A DNA stretch of 64,000 nt. It comes from Candidatus Aldehydirespiratoraceae bacterium. GTDB taxonomy: Bacteria > Actinomycetota > Acidimicrobiia > Acidimicrobiales > Aldehydirespiratoraceae. Location: positions 2,346,506 through 2,410,505 of the forward strand of contig CBDHCN010000002.1 in NCBI GenBank assembly GCA_965261185.1, given 5' to 3'. The notes beneath the pieces are model-generated. The model was not told the DNA's origin, did not search any database, and saw only the letters and a list, made by a program, of their open reading frames with translations. Shown here one piece after another: positions 18,150 through 26,167 of this stretch. How positions within the stretch are numbered: the stretch's first letter is position 1; every line of letters starts with the position of its first letter. The translations under genes and the position numbers were made by a program.

Positions 18150-18262
18150 AGGTGCCGGACTGGAGTGCCGGTCTGGAGCGTCAGTCCGAGTGCCGAGCAT
18201 GGGGCGCCCGTCCAGAGTGTCAGCCTGGAGTGCCGACGGGAGTTGCCGGACTGGAGTGCCAG
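18150..18262. repeat. Degenerate 12-13-bp repeats (CTGGAGTGCCGGN-like), about 7 copies, in a convergent intergenic region
   Basis: Read directly: GGTGCCGGAC TGGAGTGCCGGTC TGGAGCGTCAGTC CGAGTGCCGAGC ... CTGGAGTGCCGACG GGAGTTGCCGGAC TGGAGTGCCAGAC. Confidence 0.6.
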
Positions 18263-18281
18263 ACCCGGGCCACCCGAAGAT

Positions 18282-19154
18282 TCAAGCGAGTTCGGGGATC
18301 AAGTCTGCGTAGCGGTCGATGAATGTCATCGTCGTCGAAGGGTCGTCCCAGTTGGCGCGGGCAGTCCCGAGCACCACGCGGTCTATGCCGAGATCGCGGT
18401 AGTGATCCAGCGTTGCCGCTGTCGGGTCGCCGAAAACCACCATGGTGATTGGCAGATGTGGGCGGTTTGCTTGCTCCGCGGCTTCGCGAAACAAACGCAC
18501 CTTCTTGTCGAGTGTGCCCCCCTCGATGGGTCCTAAACCGACATCGGTCGGCATCCATCCGTCTGCCCAACGTGCCGCGTGTTGACTGCCGAGCCGTCCC
18601 GCGGTCCCCATTAGCACCGGTGGATGGGGGGTCTGGTGCGGTTTCGGGAAGCTCCAAGAGCAATCGAAGTCGAAGTACTTGCCGTGGTGTTCGGACTGCG
18701 TGTCGATCCACAAGCGGCGGAGTGCTTCCACACATTCCTCCAAAGCCCGATAGCGCATAGACCATGAAATGTCGGGTCGATGGTTGGCGAGTTCTTCGGC
18801 GTTCCAGCCGACTCCCACACCGAACTCCAAGCGGCCCGAAGACAGCACGTCGAGCGTGGCAACCGTCTTTGCCAAAGCAAGCAGGTCACGCTCAAGAGGC
18901 AGGGCTACTCCGGTACCGATGGTCAAGGTGGTAGTAGCGCTCGCGGCCAGGGTGAGGCTGACGAATGGATCCATCATGTGTCGGTAGCTGTCGGGGAGCT
19001 CGCCACCCGCGGGGTAGGGGGTGAGCCGAGATGTCGGGATGTGGCTGTGTTCGCCCACGAACAGCGAGTCATATCCACGGTCCTCAAGGGCTCGGGCGAG
19101 CCGGTCCGGCCGAACGTCTGAGGGTGTGTTCATCGATACGTACCCAAGCCTCAT
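18282..19154 (-). CDS. LLM-class F420-dependent oxidoreductase (Rv2161c-like)
   Basis: Part of ORF 18282..19256, starting at the ATG at 19154 (MRLGYVSMNTP...). GEHSHIP and SGRLEFGVGVGWN are typical. Confidence 0.85.
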   Translation of the reverse strand: MRLGYVSMNTPSDVRPDRLARALEDRGYDSLFVGEHSHIPTSRLTPYPAGGELPDSYRHMMDPFVSLTLAASATTTLTIGTGVALPLERDLLALAKTVATLDVLSSGRLEFGVGVGWNAEELANHRPDISWSMRYRALEECVEALRRLWIDTQSEHHGKYFDFDCSWSFPKPHQTPHPPVLMGTAGRLGSQHAARWADGWMPTDVGLGPIEGGTLDKKVRLFREAAEQANRPHLPITMVVFGDPTAATLDHYRDLGIDRVVLGTARANWDDPSTTMTFIDRYADLIPELA

Positions 19155-19215
19155 CGCTACCTCCAGCCCGGACACTACCCCCGACCCCTCCCGCCGATCC
19201 CCAGCCGAAAGCCGG

Positions 19216-19301
19216 ATAAGCCTCACACATACGCCCCAAAATTGCTTATTCCGCAAATAAGTAATACTTGGTGAGGCTTATTCGGGTACAATAAGCCTCA
19301 C
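19216..19301. promoter_or_regulatory. Operator-like cluster: 11-mer ATAAGCCTCAC x3 (one inverted, forming an 11-bp-arm hairpin at 19271-19301) plus the CTTATT-N5-AATAAG palindrome (19245-19261)
   Basis: Read directly in the divergent region between the LLM gene (start 19154) and the ATPase gene (start 19323). Confidence 0.5.
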
Positions 19302-19322
19302 AGCGACGACAGAGAGTTACTT

Positions 19323-20837
19323 ATGCTCCAATCATCACCCGAAGACCTCCTACGAGTAATTCACGAGCAGAACCCTTGGCGGAGCCAAGGAAAGGTACCA
19401 GATCCGCTGGCCCCACCAGTGGAGCGTCCCTTGGCGCAGCTGTTGTGGCGACGGCTCCTTGAAGACGATCCACGCCGGTATCAACTCATCCTCGGTCCGC
19501 GTCGAGTGGGAAAAACAACGGTGCTGTATCAGACCGTGGCACATCTCTTGGACAATGGAGTGGACTCTTCGCGTATCTGGTGGTTCCGTCTGGACCATCC
19601 GATCCTGTTGCGGGAGGAACTCGGCGATTTGCTTCTCTTCGCGGTCGAATCCAGTGGCGCCACCCCTGATCGGCCGGTCTATTTGATGCTCGACGAGTTG
19701 GTCTACGCAGACTCCTGGGACACCTGGTTGAAATCCTTCTACGACGACCAGTGGCCCGTGAAGATTGCGGCGACGTCGAGTGCGGCGGCAGCACTCCACA
19801 AGGGCAGGGTGGAGAGCGGAGTCGGACGATGGGAAGAACAACACCTGACTCCGTATTCGTTGACCGAGTATCTGGATCTGGCAGCTGTGCAGCGCCAGAT
19901 CGTCGATGCCGGCGACTACATCGGTTGGGAAAGCTTGGCCCGAGAGACGCTTGCCTCCTGTATTCGGGCGATGCCTGCTGGACTATCGAGGTTCTCGGTG
20001 TTCTCGGACGACCGCCGTCGGCTCATGTTGATCGGTGGGTTCCCGGAGTTGCTCGGCTTCGCCACTGAAGGATCAGACGAAGGCCATGCGTACTCCGAAG
20101 GGGACCTATCGCTCATTTCCCAGCAAGTGCTCCGCCCGGACGCGGTGGAGCGGGCTGTATACAAAGACATCCCGCAGTCTTTCGGGGTGGGCAACCCGAT
20201 GATGTTGGAGCGGCTGCTGTATGTCCTAGCCGATCAGGTTACGGGACTTCTGTCGCCGACGAACATCTGTACCAACCTGGGCATGACGGTGCCGACCTTT
20301 GATCGTTATCTGTCGTATTTGGAACAGGCGTTCATGGTGTTCACGTTGCCCAACTACTCGGCTAGCGAGGCGAAGGTGCAGCGTCGGGGTAGGAAGCTGT
20401 ACTTCATCGACGGCGCTGTGCGTAACGCCGCCTTGCAGCGTGGCTTAGCTCTCATGGACGACTCTGCGGAGATGGGAGTGCTCTTGGAGAATCTGGTAGC
20501 GGCATCCCTGCGCACGCTGGCGGTACACAACGGTGTTCGCTTGTATCACTGGCGAGACGGTGATCGAGAAGTTGACTTCATCTATGACGACCCGCAGAAT
20601 CCACTTGCGTTTGAGATCGCCTCGTCTCCCCGTCACCATCGCGGAGGGTTGAGTAGTTTCGCCGCTCGGAACAAGCGCTTCCGCGGCAACTGTTATCTGG
20701 TAGCCCCGAACGCCCAAGTGAAACACCCGAGACCCAGCGGACCGGGCGTCGGCACGCTTCCGTTGGATGCCTTGTTGGTAGCTATTGGTGCGCAGGCGCA
20801 TCAGGCTATGACGCGGCGGTTGGGGGTGAGGGACTGA
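19323..20837 (+). CDS. AAA-type ATPase with a DUF4143-like C-terminal domain
   Basis: 504-aa ORF with a Walker A (LGPRRVGKTT) and Walker B (YLMLDEL). The layout is typical of the AAA_14 + DUF4143 'ATP-binding protein' family. Confidence 0.8.
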   Translation: MLQSSPEDLLRVIHEQNPWRSQGKVPDPLAPPVERPLAQLLWRRLLEDDPRRYQLILGPRRVGKTTVLYQTVAHLLDNGVDSSRIWWFRLDHPILLREELGDLLLFAVESSGATPDRPVYLMLDELVYADSWDTWLKSFYDDQWPVKIAATSSAAAALHKGRVESGVGRWEEQHLTPYSLTEYLDLAAVQRQIVDAGDYIGWESLARETLASCIRAMPAGLSRFSVFSDDRRRLMLIGGFPELLGFATEGSDEGHAYSEGDLSLISQQVLRPDAVERAVYKDIPQSFGVGNPMMLERLLYVLADQVTGLLSPTNICTNLGMTVPTFDRYLSYLEQAFMVFTLPNYSASEAKVQRRGRKLYFIDGAVRNAALQRGLALMDDSAEMGVLLENLVAASLRTLAVHNGVRLYHWRDGDREVDFIYDDPQNPLAFEIASSPRHHRGGLSSFAARNKRFRGNCYLVAPNAQVKHPRPSGPGVGTLPLDALLVAIGAQAHQAMTRRLGVRD

Positions 20838-20928
20838 CAAGAATCCGTCGGAGTTAGTGTCGTGGGCCTCAGAGAACAACAATGGGGCGGTGATCGTTAT
20901 GGCGAGGTTCCAGGTTCGGGGGGTCTGA

Positions 20929-21975
20929 GTGGCGCTCGACTTCTCGCTCTCGGCTGATCAGGAAGCGATCGCGGATTCCTTCGGGGCGTTCTTTGCGAAG
21001 GAAAGCCCGGTTGATGTTGTGCGGGGCGCGGAACCTCTCGGCTATTCGCTGCAGCTCTGGCAGAAGCTGGGGAGCTTGGAGGCGCCGGGAATGGCGGTAC
21101 CGGACCACGCGGGCGGTGGAGGAGCGACTCTGAGCGACCTCGTGGTTGTGGCGGAGGCATTGGGGGAGGCGATAGCGCCAGTGCCGTTGATCGAACACTG
21201 GGTTGCGTCGCGTGCCTACCCAACCCCACAAGTCGTTAGCGGTGAGCAGATAGCAGCAATAGCGCTTCGGCCTGCGGATGCAGATGGCACATGGCGACTC
21301 GTACCAGCTGGTGCGGTCGCCGACGTTGTAGTTGGAGCGGACGGCGACGAACTAGTTGCGGTCCACTCGCCGGCGCCGATGGCGTCGCCGCGCAATCACG
21401 CCTCGGCCCCGTTGGCCGACCGTTCAGCTCGCGATGGTCAACGTGTTGTGCTAGGAGAGGCGTCGGACCTTACCCGGCACCTCGACCAATGGCGGGTCCT
21501 CACCGCTGCCGCGCTGGTTGGGATCGCCGAGCGAGCCATGCGCATGGGTGTCGATTACGTGCTCGAACGGCACCAGTTCGGTCGGCCCATCGGGTCGTTT
21601 CAGTCGATTCAGCACGGGTTGGCCGACCTGCCGGCCCTGGTCGACGGCGGTCGTTTTCTGGCTCACAAGGCGGCGTGGGCCTTCGACGAGGGATTGGTGG
21701 ACGGAGCCGGTGTGATCGACATGGACGAAGGGAACATCACCGAGTTTGCGCCGCTGGCAGCGATGGCGCTGGTCCACGCGGCCGACGCTGCCGCGGTCAG
21801 CACGGATCGCAGCCTCCACTACCACGGGGGTTACGGATTCTCGTTGGAATACGACATCCAACTGTATTTCCGACGAGCTAGAGGCTGGGCCAACATCGTT
21901 GGCGACCCGTCAGGCGAACGGCGGCGACTCGCCGATCTCTTGTGGGGTCCGGCTGAGGCGCTGGTAGGTCGCTGA
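20929..21975 (+). CDS. Acyl-CoA dehydrogenase family protein (short, probable partner subunit)
   Basis: 348-aa ORF with an ACAD C-terminal helical domain (RHQFGRPIGSFQSIQH). It is followed 1 nt later by a second ACAD. Confidence 0.8.
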   Translation: MALDFSLSADQEAIADSFGAFFAKESPVDVVRGAEPLGYSLQLWQKLGSLEAPGMAVPDHAGGGGATLSDLVVVAEALGEAIAPVPLIEHWVASRAYPTPQVVSGEQIAAIALRPADADGTWRLVPAGAVADVVVGADGDELVAVHSPAPMASPRNHASAPLADRSARDGQRVVLGEASDLTRHLDQWRVLTAAALVGIAERAMRMGVDYVLERHQFGRPIGSFQSIQHGLADLPALVDGGRFLAHKAAWAFDEGLVDGAGVIDMDEGNITEFAPLAAMALVHAADAAAVSTDRSLHYHGGYGFSLEYDIQLYFRRARGWANIVGDPSGERRRLADLLWGPAEALVGR

Positions 21976-21976
21976 C

Positions 21977-23113
21977 ATGGACTTTCGATTGACTGACCAA
22001 CACGAGGCACTCAGAACCGAGGTCCGCGCCTGTATCGATGACCATATCGACGACGAAGTGATTGCAAGGGCTCATCGCACGGGTGCCAACCATTGCGCCG
22101 AGTTAGCCAAGGCGCTCGGCGATGCCGGCCTTCTTGCTCAGGCAATGCCGGGGGAGGGGCAGGATCCAATGGCGATGTGGATGCTGTCGAGCGAAGCCGA
22201 GAAGGCGGGAGCACCTTTCGATTCGGTAGGCATGGCGCTTGTGATTGCGGGCGTTCTCAACGCGGCAGGAACTGCGGCTCAGTACCAGAGGGTCACCGCG
22301 GCGCTGTTGGCGGGGGAGGAGTTCGTCTGCTTCGGTTTGACTGAACCTGACGGCGGTAGCGACTTGCCCGCAATCAAGACCCGAGCGGTTCGTGACGGCA
22401 ACGAGTGGGTGATCAACGGTTCCAAGATGTGGACCACGCTGGCGCAGGTATCCGACTGGGTGTTCCTGTTGACTCGCACCGATCCCGACGCGGGCCGGTA
22501 CGGCGGGTTCACCGTCTTCATCATCCCGATGGACACTCCCGGTATCACCGTCGATCCGATTCACACGATGAGCACTGAGCGTTCCAACGTCACGTTCTAC
22601 GACGATGTCCGCGTGGGCGACGAATGGGTGGTCGGCGAGGTGAACGAGGGTTGGCGGGTTGTGTCGATCATGTTCGGCTTCGAGCGCGGCTTAGCCAATA
22701 CCGGGGCTCTGACACCCCTGCTGCGCCGCTTCCACAAATGGGCAGCGGGCAGAGGCGTGATCGCCGATCTGGTGCACCGTGAACGAATGGCCCAAGTCGC
22801 GATCGACGCACAGGTTGCGGAGTTACTGACCCAACGCACCGGGTGGACCGCGGCGATCGGCGAACCGAGTGGCACGGAGGGCTCGATTGCCAAAGTCTTC
22901 GCCACTGAGGCGTATCAACGGCACGCACGTTGGGCCCAAGCCGCGGCCGGACCCGAAGGACTTGTTGGCCTGAACGAGCCGGGCGCGGCAGCCGACGGAT
23001 GGATCGATCACGATGTCCGCCACTCCGTCCCGCAAACATTCCAAGGCGGCACCACCGAGATCAACCGCAACAACATCGCCGAACGCCACCTCAACCTCCC
23101 CCGCGCCCGCTAG
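21977..23113 (+). CDS. Acyl-CoA dehydrogenase family protein
   Basis: 378-aa ORF containing GLTEPDGGSDL, WVINGSKMWTT and FQGGTTEINRNNIA. Confidence 0.9.
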   Translation: MDFRLTDQHEALRTEVRACIDDHIDDEVIARAHRTGANHCAELAKALGDAGLLAQAMPGEGQDPMAMWMLSSEAEKAGAPFDSVGMALVIAGVLNAAGTAAQYQRVTAALLAGEEFVCFGLTEPDGGSDLPAIKTRAVRDGNEWVINGSKMWTTLAQVSDWVFLLTRTDPDAGRYGGFTVFIIPMDTPGITVDPIHTMSTERSNVTFYDDVRVGDEWVVGEVNEGWRVVSIMFGFERGLANTGALTPLLRRFHKWAAGRGVIADLVHRERMAQVAIDAQVAELLTQRTGWTAAIGEPSGTEGSIAKVFATEAYQRHARWAQAAAGPEGLVGLNEPGAAADGWIDHDVRHSVPQTFQGGTTEINRNNIAERHLNLPRAR

Positions 23114-23220
23114 AGCGCCCCGCCATAGTTGCAGTACATCAATATTTGTGACATAATGATTACAGTCTACAAATAGCGGTAGGTGCTATTCAACGCACCA
23201 CTCAAAGGGGAAAGGCAAAC

Positions 23221-23436
23221 ATGAACACCACACACACAACCACCATCCGCCAAGACGCTCAGCAAGCTGCCGAACTCGGCGCTGTAGCAAGAGTTGATGG
23301 CGTATCCACCTCGGAGGCGATCCGCTCCGCTATCGCCGAGCACATCGAAAAGAGGCGAAGCGATCCTGCTTTCCAGGCCCGACTCCAGCGTATCCTTGAG
23401 CAGGAGCGTGTCGTGCTTGAAAAGCTCGCCGAGTGA
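23221..23436 (+). CDS. Ribbon-helix-helix antitoxin (partner of Doc)
   Basis: 71-aa ORF with the RHH signature ...GVSTSEAIRSAIAEHIEKRR.... Its stop lies 1 nt before the doc ATG, and AAAGGGGAAAGG lies upstream of its own ATG. Confidence 0.75.
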   Translation: MNTTHTTTIRQDAQQAAELGAVARVDGVSTSEAIRSAIAEHIEKRRSDPAFQARLQRILEQERVVLEKLAE

Positions 23437-23437
23437 C

Positions 23438-23866
23438 ATGAGCGTTCAGTGCCTCGACCTCCCGGACTTCCTGCTGATCGCAGAGCGGGTAACCGGAATG
23501 GAGGTCGAGGTACTGGCGCGCCAACCGGGGTTGCACATGGCTAAGCATGCTCTCTCGGCGCCGAACGGTGGTTTCGGGGATATCGATTACTACCCCTCGT
23601 TCGCGCAAAAGGCTGCTGCTATGGCCTACCAACTCATTAAGGGGCATCCCCTTGAGGACGGAAACAAGCGCGTGGGATACTTCTGTCTTCTTGAGTTCGT
23701 CTATCGGAATGACTACGAATGGGTGCCGCCTCAGAACGACGGTCCCGAAAGAACGGAGACCGTTGCAACAATCGAGCGCGTTGCAGCAGGATCGGTCAGT
23801 CAGCTTGACTTCGCGGATTGGATTCAAAACAGGCTAGTAGAACCATCGGATAGTCATGAAGGGTGA
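23438..23866 (+). CDS. doc: Doc (death-on-curing) / Fic-family toxin
   Basis: Part of ORF 23294..23866, from the ATG at 23438. It carries the Fic/Doc motif HPLEDGNKR, and its 142-aa size is typical of Doc. Confidence 0.85.
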   Translation: MSVQCLDLPDFLLIAERVTGMEVEVLARQPGLHMAKHALSAPNGGFGDIDYYPSFAQKAAAMAYQLIKGHPLEDGNKRVGYFCLLEFVYRNDYEWVPPQNDGPERTETVATIERVAAGSVSQLDFADWIQNRLVEPSDSHEG

Positions 23867-24653
23867 ATTGACACTCCCCTTTCCGAGCGGTGACCCCTCT
23901 CTCCAAGGAGAACTCGCTGACTTGCCTTTGGTTTATATCGCTTCCCCCCTCACGCGGGTTAACACTTCAAGCGCACTACGTCGGGGTGTTACGTTTGAGG
24001 TTGACAAGATCGTCTCTACTATTCAAGATCCTCGCTTTGACGGTGCGGAACCTGAGTTTCGTACGCATGCACCAGCGGTGCAGAGTGCTCCATGGTCGAA
24101 CGATGCCACTGACTGGGACATCTACCGACAAAACACCCTCCTAGTCTTGGCTGAAGCCGATGCCATCATTATCTTGGCTCATCAGGGGGGCAGTAGCGGA
24201 ACGGGGCAGGAACTCGAACTCGCTACACGGCGGCAGATACCTATTCTCCATCTATCACCGACTGATGAAGCAGTAAGTCGGCAAGTGACAGGAAATCCGT
24301 TGGTATCGGCGAGCACGTATCAGCTGCCAGATGAATTAGCAGAGGAAGTTCGCAGCTTTATTCGCGATAATCGAACTGCGATAGAGGCAGGTCCGGCGCG
24401 CCGACGCGACACATCGATGATATACGGTCCCCTACAATCTGATTTGATGAACAAATGGCGAGATCTTGAGGTTAGGAGACAAGGCGATGTGGCTAAACGA
24501 GCTGGTACGACTCCTGAACTTGTTGATCACTTTCTGAGTCATCCGCTGATGCTTGCTACATTAGCTCACCATCAGATTCTGCAAATCGGGAATGGGCTGG
24601 GCGTGAACGTCACCAGTTACTTCACTAGGTACACGGGTGCTCTAGTGTTCTAG
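23856..24653 (+). CDS. Nucleoside 2-deoxyribosyltransferase/DNPH1-like domain fused to an XRE-type HTH; truncated by an 8-bp repeat-borne stop
   Basis: 265-aa ORF overlapping doc by 11 nt. The N-half reads PLVYIASPL...EADAIIILAHQGGSSGTGQELELATRRQIPILHL, the Rossmannoid NDT/Rcl pattern with a conserved Glu. The C-half reads VAKRAGTTPELVDHFLSHP...LQIGNGLGVNVTSYF, an HTH_XRE pattern. The fold assignment is by eye only. Confidence 0.6.
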   Translation: MKGELTLPFPSGDPSLQGELADLPLVYIASPLTRVNTSSALRRGVTFEVDKIVSTIQDPRFDGAEPEFRTHAPAVQSAPWSNDATDWDIYRQNTLLVLAEADAIIILAHQGGSSGTGQELELATRRQIPILHLSPTDEAVSRQVTGNPLVSASTYQLPDELAEEVRSFIRDNRTAIEAGPARRRDTSMIYGPLQSDLMNKWRDLEVRRQGDVAKRAGTTPELVDHFLSHPLMLATLAHHQILQIGNGLGVNVTSYFTRYTGALVF

Positions 24654-24666
24654 TGTTCTAGTGTTC
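24642..24666. repeat. 8-bp tandem triplication CTAGTGTT x3
   Basis: Read directly: 24642-24649, 24650-24657 and 24658-24665. The second unit supplies the TAG stop at 24651-24653. Confidence 0.95.
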
Positions 24667-24837
24667 AAAGACATTAGAGCGCTTGTGTCAGCTCAGGAGG
24701 AATACGGCTGGAATGATCGCCTTACCGAACAGTTGCTTCAGCACGCTGAACAGGTCCAAATGTCGGAAGGCGTGCGACGTCTGAAGCTCAGTAGTCCCGC
24801 CGATTGGCTGAGACTACGTGAGGATATCGAACTGTGA
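24661..24837 (+). pseudogene. Detached 3' portion of the preceding gene (58 codons from the GTG at 24661)
   Basis: Open frame VFKDIRALVSAQEEYGWNDRLTEQLLQHAEQVQMSEGVRRLKLSSPADWLRLREDIEL ending in a TGA that overlaps the immA GTG (GTGA). It becomes in-frame with 23856..24653 if two of the three 8-bp units are removed. Confidence 0.55.
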
Positions 24838-25547
24838 ATTTGGATCCTGATCGTTTGGCGCTAAGAGTCACCCGTAGTTTCGAATTGGGCCCACCTCCGA
24901 TCGACGTTGAGACTTTAGCTGCTTCACTTGGCGTAATCGAGATCTCAGAAGAGTCCCTAATTGAGGATGGACGCTTGGAACTATCGGACGGCTCAGCCCG
25001 AATTCTGGTGCGAAGCGCGATCTCGACTGAAAGAAAGCGCTTCACTATCGCTCACGAAATATGCCACCTTCTGTTGACAGGATCTCAAACAGATCTAGTA
25101 GCAGTTCGTCATATCATTGGACATGATGACGAGGAGCGCTTCTGCGAGGACTTTGCGGCAGCGCTCCTCTTGCCCGCCGGTTGGGTAAGAGACGTGGCGT
25201 CCAATCGTCCTCACACACTTCACACACTGCGTGTTGTCGCAGGACGCTCGAATACATCACTAGCAGCGTCGTGTGTTCGGCTTGGCAAGATTGCCGGTTG
25301 GCGCAGCACCCTATTGCATTGGACGCGCTATCCGAGTGGTTGGCGGTTTCGTTGGGCAGCAGGTCTCCCTGCGGGATTCAAAGGGACGATTCGTTCTGCA
25401 GATCGGACAGCGGCCGTTCTTGACACAGTCAACGAAAGCGGCGATAAATCGACACTGGTCCCGATTCGGGTTGGTGGAGCAGAGCGTGAAGTTCTAGCTC
25501 AGGTCTCGGTTCGTCGCGGTTCGGCGCTCGTGTTAGCCGAACTCTGA
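24834..25547 (+). CDS. ImmA/IrrE family Zn-metallopeptidase (COG2856/DUF955)
   Basis: 237-aa ORF with the HEXXH motif in FTIAHEICHLLL and the downstream EERFCEDFAAALLLPAGW motif characteristic of ImmA/IrrE. Confidence 0.85.
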   Translation: MNLDPDRLALRVTRSFELGPPPIDVETLAASLGVIEISEESLIEDGRLELSDGSARILVRSAISTERKRFTIAHEICHLLLTGSQTDLVAVRHIIGHDDEERFCEDFAAALLLPAGWVRDVASNRPHTLHTLRVVAGRSNTSLAASCVRLGKIAGWRSTLLHWTRYPSGWRFRWAAGLPAGFKGTIRSADRTAAVLDTVNESGDKSTLVPIRVGGAEREVLAQVSVRRGSALVLAEL

Positions 25548-25798
25548 GTGTTCAATCGCTAACCCTCAGGCAAACCCTGTGACTCCGCCCATAGAACGAC
25601 ACTCGAATGACTGCGCGACGATAATACCCGCCGCCTCTGGCAAACACGTGAGTACCCCAATCCTGCTGATGTCGGGTCCATTAGTCGGCGGTGTCTTGGC
25701 CGATTTTTTGGGTAGAGACCAGTGTGGGGGGATCCAGGCCAAGAAGAATCGGGACTCCGGCCATGTCCGCTTGGAAGGTGGGACACGGCATTGAGCCG

Positions 25799-26092
25799 TT
25801 ATGGATCGGGGGTGAAACCCCAGCGAGCGGCGAACTCTGTTGGGGAGAAGGCTTCAAGCTCGGAAGCGAGTTGGGCGCCGGTGTCGGATTCGTCGCCGTA
25901 GGTGTCTTTGATTGTGGTCAACACCCGCCCGGTCCCGGTTTCGATGATGTGCCATATCCGGTTTGAAGGTGATGCCGCTCCGCCCAATGTTAACAATCCC
26001 CAAACGAGAGTCGCAAAGGTCCGCAACATGCGGATCGGCAGCGGGCGCTTGCCGACCTCGATATGCCAGACGTTCGACGCAGTATCGGTCAT
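25799..26092 (-). CDS. Small hypothetical membrane protein
   Basis: Part of ORF 25799..26119. The ATG at 26092 is preceded by GGAGAGGG. One TM segment (FATLVWGLLTLGGAA). No family recognised. Confidence 0.4.
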   Translation of the reverse strand: MTDTASNVWHIEVGKRPLPIRMLRTFATLVWGLLTLGGAASPSNRIWHIIETGTGRVLTTIKDTYGDESDTGAQLASELEAFSPTEFAARWGFTPDP

Positions 26093-26167
26093 TTCCCTCT
26101 CCGGATCATGCTCGTTCATATCTCGTTCATTCTATCCGTCAGTCCAGTGGGCCTCTAGGCTGAAAGT

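Noticed and set aside
25548-25798. Small ORFs 25559..25786 (-) and 25579..25794 (+) in the gap after immA.
   Set aside because: Neither has protein-like composition, an RBS or a recognisable motif. The 250-bp gap is left unannotated and may be a decayed remnant of the accessory patch.
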